Source of the DNA: an uncultured Acidobacteriaceae bacterium
GTDB taxonomy: Bacteria > Acidobacteriota > Terriglobia > Terriglobales > Acidobacteriaceae
Assembly: GCA_963816705.1 (NCBI GenBank)
Contig: CAWFLZ010000010.1
Coordinates: 301,764-333,763 of the forward strand
Length of the DNA: 32,000 bases
Direction of reading: 5' to 3'
This document shows, piece after piece, positions 17,492 to 25,117 of the stretch (position 1 is its first letter; each line of letters begins with the position of its first letter). A program made the translations under genes and the position numbers. The notes under the pieces are model-generated. The model worked only from the letters and a program-made list of their open reading frames with translations, searched no databases and was not told the origin of the DNA.

Positions 17492-18304
17492 GTGAACGGG
17501 CAGTCTACTTGCGTGGGAACGAGCGTGAGATCGAACGTGGGAACGACCGCCGCATCACGACAAATAGGTAAGTCAGCCGCCGACCTTGCGCGGCCAACCG
17601 TCCGCCAGCAAGTCGCCGCCGTTTGCTATCGCACCGGCACACGGGGAATTGAATTCCTGCTGGTGCGCACGCGCGGCGGACGCTGGATTTTTCCCAAGGG
17701 CGGCGTCGAAGCGGGCCTTACCCAGGCGCAGTCGGCGGCGCTCGAAGCATTCGAAGAAGCCGGCGTTCACGGCCGAATCGAAGAGATGCCGTTCGCCCGC
17801 TACCGTCTCGCGAACGCTGTCAGTCAGAAAGAGAAATCAATTCGCAAGAAGCTAATTCGCAACCGGAAGGAATCTCGCGCCCGGGATCGATCCGCCCGCC
17901 CCTACGCGGACGACGAAACGGTCACCGCTCATCTCTGCGAAGTCTCTCATCTCGAAGCGCCGCAGGAAGCCTATCGCACCCCCACCTGGTTTTCGCCCGA
18001 AAAGGCGAAGCGCCGGCTGATGGAAAATCGTGACCACGATTTGGGCGAGGAGTTGTCCGGCGTCGTCGATCGCGCGGTGTCGCGCATTCGGCGGCTGGAG
18101 GCAAGCGCCGGCAAGGAATTTCAAAACGATGCGCTGCGCAAGGTGCGCTTTGAGGCGTTCGAAGATATGCACTTGGCGCGCTCAGGAAATCCCGCCCGAT
18201 TGCGCCGGCTCTTGATAGACGCCCGCAACCCGCGGCCTGCGGCCGCTATTGAGGTCGAAGCGCCAGTGCCTGTTTTGCGGCACAAGAAGAATTACGTTCA
18301 GTGA
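17492..18304 (+). CDS. Nudix-domain hydrolase with a basic insertion and a long C-terminal extension
   Basis: Nudix box region WIFPKGGVEAGLTQAQSAALEAFEEAGVHG. Start uncertain, with several in-frame GTGs between 17492 and 17537. Confidence 0.7.
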   Translation: MNGQSTCVGTSVRSNVGTTAASRQIGKSAADLARPTVRQQVAAVCYRTGTRGIEFLLVRTRGGRWIFPKGGVEAGLTQAQSAALEAFEEAGVHGRIEEMPFARYRLANAVSQKEKSIRKKLIRNRKESRARDRSARPYADDETVTAHLCEVSHLEAPQEAYRTPTWFSPEKAKRRLMENRDHDLGEELSGVVDRAVSRIRRLEASAGKEFQNDALRKVRFEAFEDMHLARSGNPARLRRLLIDARNPRPAAAIEVEAPVPVLRHKKNYVQ

Positions 18305-18326
18305 GATTGCCTGCAGGGAGCGGACA

Positions 18327-18584
18327 ATGAAAGTGACTGTAGAGATCGATCAAAAATGGGTAAGAATCGTCCGCTCACCGATCTACTTTCTCGTGACTGC
18401 CTTGACCGGAGTTTCCGTTACGTTTGCTCCCTTATTTTTGTACTGGAGCGGCAAGGGCAAGTTCTATCCTGACCATGAAGGAATTGTTGTGCCGCTGTGT
18501 TTTGTCGTGATCTTTTGCATTCCGTGTTTCTATTTCCCGTTGGGCAATGCCGTGGCTAAAGAAATCAGGCAAAATTCAAAGTAA
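18327..18584 (+). CDS. Small membrane protein (85 aa, 2 TM helices)
   Basis: ATG 18327 preceded by GGGAGCGG. Helices IYFLVTALTGVSVTFAPLFLYW and VVPLCFVVIFCIPCFYF. Confidence 0.5.
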   Translation: MKVTVEIDQKWVRIVRSPIYFLVTALTGVSVTFAPLFLYWSGKGKFYPDHEGIVVPLCFVVIFCIPCFYFPLGNAVAKEIRQNSK

Positions 18585-18645
18585 CCCGCTACCCGATCCC
18601 GCGAAGCATTTGTTCAATTCCATTTCTGCGATACCATCTCTTGTG

Positions 18646-19257
18646 ATGCTTCGCGAAGCCACGATTGAAGGTCGCCATGAACACCGTGCCGAACCACGGC
18701 AGGAAATCCTGCGCGCGGCCGCCCGCCTCTTTCAGCAACAAGGCTACGACGCCACCTCGATGAACGATGTCGCGGCCGCCCTCAAGCTTTCCAAGGGCGG
18801 TCTCTATCATCACTTCCAGTCCAAAGACGAGATCCTCTTCCACATCATGTCCCATGCCATGGACATCACCGAAGAGCGGGTGATCAAGGCGGCGCGCCGC
18901 GTCGAGGATCCCGAAGAGCGCCTGCGCACGCTGATTCGTCTCCACATTGGAGTCGTGCTAAGCGAAGAAGACCGCGAGATCACGGTCATGTTGCACGAGA
19001 ACCATCCTTTGCCGCCCGCGCTGCGCCGCAAGATTAACGGACGAAAAAAAGACTATATCCATTTTGTAGAGATTCTGATTGCCGACGCCCAGCGCCAACT
19101 AAAATCGAGCGGAACGGTAACGCCTCGCGCCGGAGCGTTCGCCCTCCTGGGAATGATTAACTGGATTTACCAGTGGTACAAGCCAGGCAGCGCGCTAACC
19201 GGCGACGCGATTGTGAGTCAATTTACCGAGATATTTTTCCGCGGAGCACTAGGGTAG
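18646..19257 (+). CDS. TetR/AcrR family transcriptional regulator
   Basis: RQEILRAAARLFQQQGYDATSMNDVAAALKLSKGGLYHHFQSKDEIL. Probable start at MLREATIEG (18646) inside ORF 18547..19257. Confidence 0.9.
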   Translation: MLREATIEGRHEHRAEPRQEILRAAARLFQQQGYDATSMNDVAAALKLSKGGLYHHFQSKDEILFHIMSHAMDITEERVIKAARRVEDPEERLRTLIRLHIGVVLSEEDREITVMLHENHPLPPALRRKINGRKKDYIHFVEILIADAQRQLKSSGTVTPRAGAFALLGMINWIYQWYKPGSALTGDAIVSQFTEIFFRGALG

Positions 19258-19294
19258 CAAGCCGACAGTTAAAGTTCTCAGCAAGCACATCCTA

Positions 19295-19393
19295 AGCGGA
19301 TAAACGCGGATGAACAAAGAATGAACCAGGATTAGAATTCTAGTTCAAGAAACCGAAAAGAAAATCCGCGTGCATCCGTGTAAATCCGCGGAG
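19295..19393. repeat. Palindromic intergenic element built from inverted CGCGGAT/ATCCGCG motifs
   Basis: Left arm is gcggataaacgcggatgaac. Right arm is aaaatccgcgtgcatccgtgtaaatccgcgg. It starts 38 nt downstream of the TetR stop, so it may act as a terminator. Confidence 0.6.
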
Positions 19394-19410
19394 AAGAAGT
19401 TCCCCCGCCG

Positions 19411-19431
19411 ACCTGTGGCCTGTGACCTGTC
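19411..19431. repeat. Heptamer tandem repeat (RCCTGTS)x3
   Basis: acctgtg gcctgtg acctgtc, read directly. Confidence 0.75.
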
Positions 19432-19576
19432 ACCGCCCAAGAGTGCAAACTTTTTCCCGGAATAAATTCCACTGCGCTTTTTTACCTTCTGTTGACAACT
19501 CCCAGCGGGTTACACTGCTACGCTGGCTCGCCGACCGAGCGGGTGACTTCCCGCGTCCACTGCGGCCATACGGGGG

Positions 19577-21097
19577 ATGGGAATGAAAGTAGAAAGCAGA
19601 ACCGCACAGTTCCAAACAGTTTTTGTCTTGATTCTTGTGGGCGCATTCGCCCTTTTTTCAGCGGCCAATGCGGCGGCTCAGACCGGCGCCTGGCTTTCGC
19701 ATTCGCACGATGAGCAACATACGGCCCTTTCGACCGTTCAATCACAACCGCTCAGCTCCATTCACTGGCACACGCCCGTAGACCTGTTTCCGCCGCAGGG
19801 CGAAATTTACATTCACTATGGCTCGCCGCTGGTCACAGCCGCCAATACCGTAATCGTCCCGGTAAAGACCGGCACGAACAGTTTCCGCGTCGAGGCCATC
19901 AACGGCACGACCGGCAAAAAAGTTTGGCAGCTCAACACCGGCTGGCAGGCGCCAGGTGCAACTTTTGTCCCAGGACTCGGCCCGACCATTTCCGGCAGTA
20001 CCCTTTATGTTCCCGACATCGCAGGCCGGGTCATTGCGCGCCCGAATCCCGACGAAAAGAAACAGAAGGCCAGCAAGCTCTATTTTTATGGGGTAAAGAA
20101 CTTCAAAAAGAATCGGGCGGCGTACGAAGCCAACGTCCAGATCAACACGCCCCTGACCACCGACGCGGCCGGCAATCTCTTCTTCGGCTTCGACATCCTC
20201 GGCTCGACGCCCCTGAATCTCAAGGGCGGCCTGGCGCGCATCGGAACCGATGGCACAGGAACCTGGGTCTCGGCCGCCAGTCTGAGCGGCGATAACTCGG
20301 TCTACGAAGTTTCCATGAGCGCCGCGCCCGCCCTCTCGCTCGACGGCAGCATCGTGTATGTCTCGGTCGATAACGGCGATTACGGCTATCTGGTCGCGGT
20401 CAACAGCGCAACCCTCGCCCCGATCCACAAAGTCCTGATGAAGGATCCTTCCTCGGGACTGAATGCCATCGTCTTCGACGCCAGCTCCGCCTCGCCCACC
20501 GTTGGCCCGGATGGCGACGTCTACTTCGGCGTCATCGAAAATCCCTTCCCCAATCACAACGACCGCGGATGGCTCCTGCACTACAACGCCGACCTCACCC
20601 AGACCAAAATCCCGGGCAGCTTCGGCTGGGACGACACGGCTTCGGTTGTCCCGTCGTCGATGGTGCCAAGCTATACCGGCACGTCGACCTATCTGCTGAT
20701 GACCAAATACAACAACTATTGCGGTGTGGGCAACGGCAACGGAAAAAACGAGATTGCGATTCTCGATCCGAATGCCACCGAGCACGATCCGATCATTCCC
20801 AATACATTGGTCATGAACGAAGTGCTGACCCACGTCGGCGTGACGCCGGATCAGGATTGTCCGGGAGGTGTAAGAGAGTGGTGCATCAACACGGCCGCCA
20901 TCGATCCCTTCACGAAGTCGGTAATGGCCAACAGCGAAGACGGCAACCTCTATCGCTGGGACCTGACCACCAATACCTTCACCCAGGTGGTACCCCTTTC
21001 CACCGGCGTCGGAGAAGCCTATACGCCAACCGTCATCGGCGCAGATGGAACGGTCTACGCGATCAACGACGCGATTCTGGATGCGATCGGAAAATAG
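19577..21097 (+). CDS. Secreted beta-propeller-like hypothetical protein (506 aa)
   Basis: Signal peptide VFVLILVGAFALFSAANAAAQ. Recurrent strand-turn motifs (DAAGNLFFG, SLDGSIVYVS, GPDGDVYFGV, SEDGNLYRWD, GADGTVYAIN) typical of PQQ/propeller blades. Confidence 0.8.
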   Translation: MGMKVESRTAQFQTVFVLILVGAFALFSAANAAAQTGAWLSHSHDEQHTALSTVQSQPLSSIHWHTPVDLFPPQGEIYIHYGSPLVTAANTVIVPVKTGTNSFRVEAINGTTGKKVWQLNTGWQAPGATFVPGLGPTISGSTLYVPDIAGRVIARPNPDEKKQKASKLYFYGVKNFKKNRAAYEANVQINTPLTTDAAGNLFFGFDILGSTPLNLKGGLARIGTDGTGTWVSAASLSGDNSVYEVSMSAAPALSLDGSIVYVSVDNGDYGYLVAVNSATLAPIHKVLMKDPSSGLNAIVFDASSASPTVGPDGDVYFGVIENPFPNHNDRGWLLHYNADLTQTKIPGSFGWDDTASVVPSSMVPSYTGTSTYLLMTKYNNYCGVGNGNGKNEIAILDPNATEHDPIIPNTLVMNEVLTHVGVTPDQDCPGGVREWCINTAAIDPFTKSVMANSEDGNLYRWDLTTNTFTQVVPLSTGVGEAYTPTVIGADGTVYAINDAILDAIGK

Positions 21098-21165
21098 AAG
21101 TGACGCGGGCCTTGCTTTTGAACGCTGACACAAAAGAACTGGGGGTGCCCCACCTTTCGCGTCGT

Positions 21166-22802
21166 GAAGCTGTGAAAAAACCACCGGCGAAGTTAATTGA
21201 CAGAGTTGAGAAGCAGGGTAAGCTCGGGGCATGAGCGAGCCCCTAATCCGCAGGATCAATCGCGAGCAGATGTGTTGGCGAGCCGTGGATGTGGAGCAGT
21301 TGATCGAAGAGGGTCATCCGGCGCGGGCCATCTGGGAACTGGTGGGGCGGCTGGATCTGGAGGGTTTCTACGCGGGCATCGAATGCAGCGCCGAAGAAGG
21401 AGGGCGTCCCGCCTATGATCCCCGCTTGCTGATCAGTCTGTGGATTTATGCCTACAGCCAGGGGATCGGGTCGGCGCGGGAGGTGGCGCGGCGCTGCGAG
21501 TGGGAACCGGCGTTCGAGTGGCTGACGGGCTGCGAAACCGTGAACTACCACACGCTGTCCAGTTTCCGAGTGGAGTATCGGGCGGAGTTAGATGAGTTAT
21601 TCACGCAGGTGCTGGCGCTGATGAGCGCGGAAGGGCTGATCACACTGGAGCAGGTGGTGCAGGACGGGACCAAGATCAAGGCGCAAGCGGCGAGCGACAG
21701 CTTTCAAGGCGAGGCGAAGATTGCGGAGCATCTGGAGCGGGCGCGACGGCGCGTGCGCGAGATGGGGGAACCGGATCAGGAAGAAGGGGGGAGCCGGGCG
21801 GAACAGGCACAACGGCGAGCGCGACGCGAGCGGCAACAGCGGTTGGAGCAGGGACTCGAAGAGCTGCAGAAACTGCGTCCCAGCAAGCCACGGGCGCGGG
21901 TGAGCGTGAGTGAACCGGAGGCGCGCCGGATGCGGCAGGCCGACGGGGGCATCGCGCCCAACTACAACGTGCAAATCTCGGCCGATGCAGCGCAGTCGCT
22001 GATCGTGGACGTGAAGGTGACACAAGCCGCCAATGACAGCGAGCAACTGGCGCCGGCCGTCGGACGTATCGCCGCTCGACTGGGCCGCAAGCCGCGACAG
22101 ATGCTGGCCGATGGAGACTTCACCAATCGCCGCAGCATCGAGGCGATGGCGGAGTTGGAAGTGGATTACGTGGGCAGCTTACGCAAAGGCGGCGCGGAGA
22201 AAGACAACACCGGCACCGGACGTTTCACGGCTGCCGTCTTCGTCTACGATCCCGAGCACGATCGCTACTCGTGTCCGGGAGGCAAGCATCTCCGTTACGA
22301 AGGACGGCACAAACACAAGACGGGAAACTTTTTCTACCGCTATGAAGCCCGCGCCGAGGACTGTCAGAGCTGTCCGCTGCAACCGCAATGTTGTCCAAGC
22401 AATCAGCATCGCGGCCGTGGACTGTTGCGCACCGAAGAAACCGCGGCCATGATCGCCTTTCGCCAGAAGATGGCTACACCCGAGGCGCAGCAGCAGTATC
22501 GCCGACGCAGCCGGGTGATCGAGTTCTGCCACGCCTGGATCAAAAGCAAACTGGGATTGCGCCAGTTCCACCTGCGCGGCCTGGCCAAAGTGCAAATGGA
22601 AATGCTCTGGGCCTGCCTCACCTACAACCTGCAACAATGGATTCGCCTGCGCAAACTACAACCCGCAACCGCCTAACCCCGCAGCGAGAAATCGAGAAAC
22701 ACCTTGCGCCAATCAAACTACCCCTCCAGTCCCCGCAACCCCTTCACCAACCCGCGCTCTTTCTTATTTAGGGGTTGCCGAAGACGGTTTTTTCACAGCT
22801 TC
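21166..22802 (+). mobile_element. IS1182-family (IS5-like) insertion sequence, about 1.64 kb, with 17-bp perfect terminal inverted repeats
   Basis: IRL GAAGCTGTGAAAAAACC (21166-21182) is the reverse complement of IRR ggttttttcacagcttc (22786-22802). There is a single transposase ORF between them. Confidence 0.85.
21231..22676 (+). CDS. IS1182-family DDE transposase
   Basis: N-terminal InsH-like domain (GRPAYDPRLLISLWIYAYSQGIGSAREVARRCEWEPAFEWL), an E/R-rich coiled linker, and a C-terminal Cys motif (CQSCPLQPQCCPS) followed by EFCHAWIKSKLGLRQFHLRGLAKVQMEMLWACLTYNL. Confidence 0.9.
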   Translation: MSEPLIRRINREQMCWRAVDVEQLIEEGHPARAIWELVGRLDLEGFYAGIECSAEEGGRPAYDPRLLISLWIYAYSQGIGSAREVARRCEWEPAFEWLTGCETVNYHTLSSFRVEYRAELDELFTQVLALMSAEGLITLEQVVQDGTKIKAQAASDSFQGEAKIAEHLERARRRVREMGEPDQEEGGSRAEQAQRRARRERQQRLEQGLEELQKLRPSKPRARVSVSEPEARRMRQADGGIAPNYNVQISADAAQSLIVDVKVTQAANDSEQLAPAVGRIAARLGRKPRQMLADGDFTNRRSIEAMAELEVDYVGSLRKGGAEKDNTGTGRFTAAVFVYDPEHDRYSCPGGKHLRYEGRHKHKTGNFFYRYEARAEDCQSCPLQPQCCPSNQHRGRGLLRTEETAAMIAFRQKMATPEAQQQYRRRSRVIEFCHAWIKSKLGLRQFHLRGLAKVQMEMLWACLTYNLQQWIRLRKLQPATA

Positions 22803-23103
22803 GCCTTTCGAGAAGTGGCCGATTCGCGCCGCCCGCAGCATTTCGCTGTTACGCTGCTTGCGCTCGAATCTTCGTCTGGCGCGAAATTACGCGCAGCAAG
22901 ATGCGAGCCTGTCGGCAGCGGTCTTTCGGACGCTGCGCGAGAGCAACCTGCGACCGTTGGAGTCGGTCCCGCGCGCACAGTGGGTGGAGTGCTATGGGGT
23001 GCACGAGGTACGCGGACGGCAAACGGTCGAGGAGTTCGTCCGCCTGGAAACGGCCCACGACTTGAACCATCTTCGGCAGATCGACCGCATCCTGGGTGGG
23101 TGA
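22803..23103 (+). pseudogene. C-terminal remnant of a DinB-superfamily protein, abutting the right end of the IS
   Basis: The frame is open from the IS boundary. The C-terminus WVECYGVHEVRGRQTVEEFVRLETAHDLNHLRQIDRILGG is DinB-like. Only about 100 codons are present, with no ATG or GTG start, and the N-terminal half is not on the other side of the IS. Confidence 0.45.
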
Positions 23104-23114
23104 ATTTTTCCCAC

Positions 23115-23621
23115 TCAGCGGACCGAGATTTCCCCGAAATTAAAAGCAGTGATGACGTGATGATTAAGTGTGATCGTGGAGCGGTATTTTCGGCCGCCGA
23201 TGCTCTCATACTCGAACGTTGCTACATGATTGGCGTTGTAGCCGCCAAGCGTTTCCACTAATGTCACGCGGGATGTTGCGGGGACGGCTGGCATATAGCG
23301 CCACGGTTGCTCGCCCAGCCCTTCATTCCTCGTAATCCGATACCGGAGATTTATTGCGACGCCGTTGCCAACATTGTGTATGACATAACTGCCCTGATCC
23401 GCCCGAGCGACCAAACTACCGACCGCCCCGCCCATCTCCAATATCACGTCTGCCCCGTCGCGCAGCTCACATAGGAACGTCACAAAAGGTTTCTGGGCGG
23501 TTTCCACTTGTTGCTGTGACGATCTACGAATTCGGTAAGTCTCAATGCAATAGACGGCAAGCCCGAGAACACCCAACGTCTGCACCACCAGCATCAGGAA
23601 TTGGATACAGTGATCGGACAT
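23115..23621 (-). CDS. Membrane-anchored hypothetical protein (N-terminal TM helix plus about 120-aa probable beta-rich domain)
   Basis: Probable start MSDHCIQFLMLVVQTLGVLGLAVYCI at 23621. The ORF track extends to 23756. The soluble part contains YVIHNVGNGVAINLRYRI and FEYESIGGRKYRSTITL. No family recognised. Confidence 0.55.
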   Translation of the reverse strand: MSDHCIQFLMLVVQTLGVLGLAVYCIETYRIRRSSQQQVETAQKPFVTFLCELRDGADVILEMGGAVGSLVARADQGSYVIHNVGNGVAINLRYRITRNEGLGEQPWRYMPAVPATSRVTLVETLGGYNANHVATFEYESIGGRKYRSTITLNHHVITAFNFGEISVR

Positions 23622-23669
23622 GGGACGGATGTTAGCACGATAGGGCTTCGTTCTCGCTATACTCCCGGC

Positions 23670-24171
23670 ATGACATTTTGGGCAGAAGTTCTCGCCATAT
23701 TCATCGGTGACGTTTTCGCAAGCGCCCTCTTCGTTTTGTTCTATGTGATGGTCCAATGGTTTCTACGGGCCACGGACGTGACGGTTTCGTACAACTGGGG
23801 ATGGAAGGGGACGGACTATTCCCCAAATTTCGACATACGTAATCGTTCGAGTTCGAGATGCTATCTGTTGGCGAACATTGCTTACACGCGAAACAAGGGA
23901 AAAGAGAAAGTCTGGTTTGACAACGATTCTATTTTTTGACAAAGAGCTGCCAGCCGGGAGCATGAGAGGCCGTGATTATAAGGTCGCTCCAGTTAGTGGC
24001 ATCGCTTCGGCCGAACAGGCCATAGGCTTGGAGGTCACCGTGCGCCTACAAAACGGAAGACAGTTTTGGTTGAAGGGTCAAGGGCCAGGGCAACTCAAGA
24101 TGGGACGAATTCAGAAGATAGCGTTTTGGTTGCGCGACAAATTCGAGAAAGCCGCAATCTCTTTGGAATAA
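23670..24171 (+). pseudogene. Membrane-anchored hypothetical protein interrupted at a T6 tract (23932-23937)
   Basis: MTFWAEVLAIFIGDVFASALFVLFYVMVQWF...VWFDNDSIF* (ORF 23601..23939) continues in frame +1 as (F)DKELPAGSMRGRDYKVAPVSG...FWLKGQ... (ORF 23878..24171). Removing one T restores a single ORF of about 166 aa. Confidence 0.5.
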
Positions 24172-24355
24172 AACATTCTGCGAAACCTGGGGATAGCCCG
24201 GGACGTTCACTAGTTTTCTATCCTGATAAAATACCGGCGATTCCGGGCCGGGAGCGAGCAACGAGTGAACGTCGGTCTGTGCCCAGTTTACTAGTTCAGA
24301 TTGAGTAAAGGGAAAACAGAGAGGAGAGCCAATATTCGCGACCTATGATGCGTGT

Positions 24356-24383
24356 TTGATCGCGCCGTGGAAATCGCTACAAT
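24356..24383 (+). promoter_or_regulatory. Putative sigma70-type promoter of vapBC (TTGATC-16 nt-TACAAT)
   Basis: -35 at 24356-24361 and -10 at 24378-24383, about 50 nt upstream of ATG 24432, which has an AGGAGGA SD. Confidence 0.4.
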
Positions 24384-24431
24384 TAGTCACGGAGAAAGCC
24401 AACCCGCCGATTTGGGAACAGGAGGACTGCG

Positions 24432-24695
24432 ATGACGATTGAAATTCATAGGCCGGAACTCGAAGCCCTCATCCGGGACTGGATGAAGACGGGCGCGTTC
24501 CCGACAGTCGAGGATGCCTTGATACAGGCTTTAAAATCCTCCCCGCTCCCATCGGAACCAAGCGCCGGATCGGCGAGAGGCGCTTCTTCTACCGGCGCTG
24601 TAGTGCTCGCGGCGTTGCAGGCTTCACCATATCCGGAAATTGATCTCACGCCGCCTCGTGTGCGCCTCGACAATGTGCGGGATGTCGTGCTCTGA
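24432..24695 (+). CDS. vapB: Type II antitoxin (VapB-like)
   Basis: 87-aa ORF whose TGA overlaps the vapC ATG by 1 nt (TGATG). The C-terminal tail (ALQASPYPEIDLTPPRVRLDNVRDVVL) looks like the toxin-binding tails of VapB antitoxins. Strong SD. Confidence 0.75.
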   Translation: MTIEIHRPELEALIRDWMKTGAFPTVEDALIQALKSSPLPSEPSAGSARGASSTGAVVLAALQASPYPEIDLTPPRVRLDNVRDVVL

Positions 24696-25117
24696 TGGCG
24701 TGGCTGCTGGACACCAATATTCTGTCGGAAGGACGGAAGCCAAAGCCCGATGCTCGCGTGACAGCCTTCTACGCCGCGCAACCGCTCAACACGCTCTATG
24801 TCAGCGTCGTAAACATTGCCGAAATTCGCTTCGGCATCGAACTGCAGCAAGACCTGGCACGGCGTGTTCAGTTAAACGACTGGCTGACAATGAGCCTGAG
24901 GCCCGCCTTCGCGGGACGGATACTGCCGGTTACTGAGGATATTCTGCTCAAGTGGCGGCTATTGATGGAAGACGGACGGAAAATAGGGCATACCTATTCA
25001 CATCCAGACCTTTTGCTTGCAGCGACGGCCTTGCAGCACGGGCTTACGGTTGTCACCCGCGACCGCAGCGACTTCGACATGGCACGGGTGCCGGTTTTCA
25101 ATCCCTGGGACGCCTGA
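24695..25117 (+). CDS. vapC: PIN-domain ribonuclease toxin VapC
   Basis: MAWLLDTNILSE (first acidic residue), NIAEIRFGIE, DLLLAATALQHGLTVVTRDRSDF. Confidence 0.9.
   Translation: MAWLLDTNILSEGRKPKPDARVTAFYAAQPLNTLYVSVVNIAEIRFGIELQQDLARRVQLNDWLTMSLRPAFAGRILPVTEDILLKWRLLMEDGRKIGHTYSHPDLLLAATALQHGLTVVTRDRSDFDMARVPVFNPWDA

Noticed and set aside
19742-21259. 505-aa minus-strand ORF almost co-extensive with the 506-aa plus-strand propeller gene
   Set aside because: It has R/G/D/V-rich antisense-type composition and no signal or domain features. It also runs across the IS1182 left boundary into the transposase start, which a real gene would not do. The plus-strand ORF has a signal peptide and repeated blade motifs.
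23622-23756. N-terminal extension of the minus-strand TM protein (MDHHIEQNEEGACENVTDEYGENFCPKCHAGS...) with one CxxC
   Set aside because: It would overlap the divergent gene start antisense by about 87 nt. It has only a single CxxC pair. The internal ATG at 23621, directly before the TM helix, gives a cleaner divergent arrangement. The longer form is not fully excluded.
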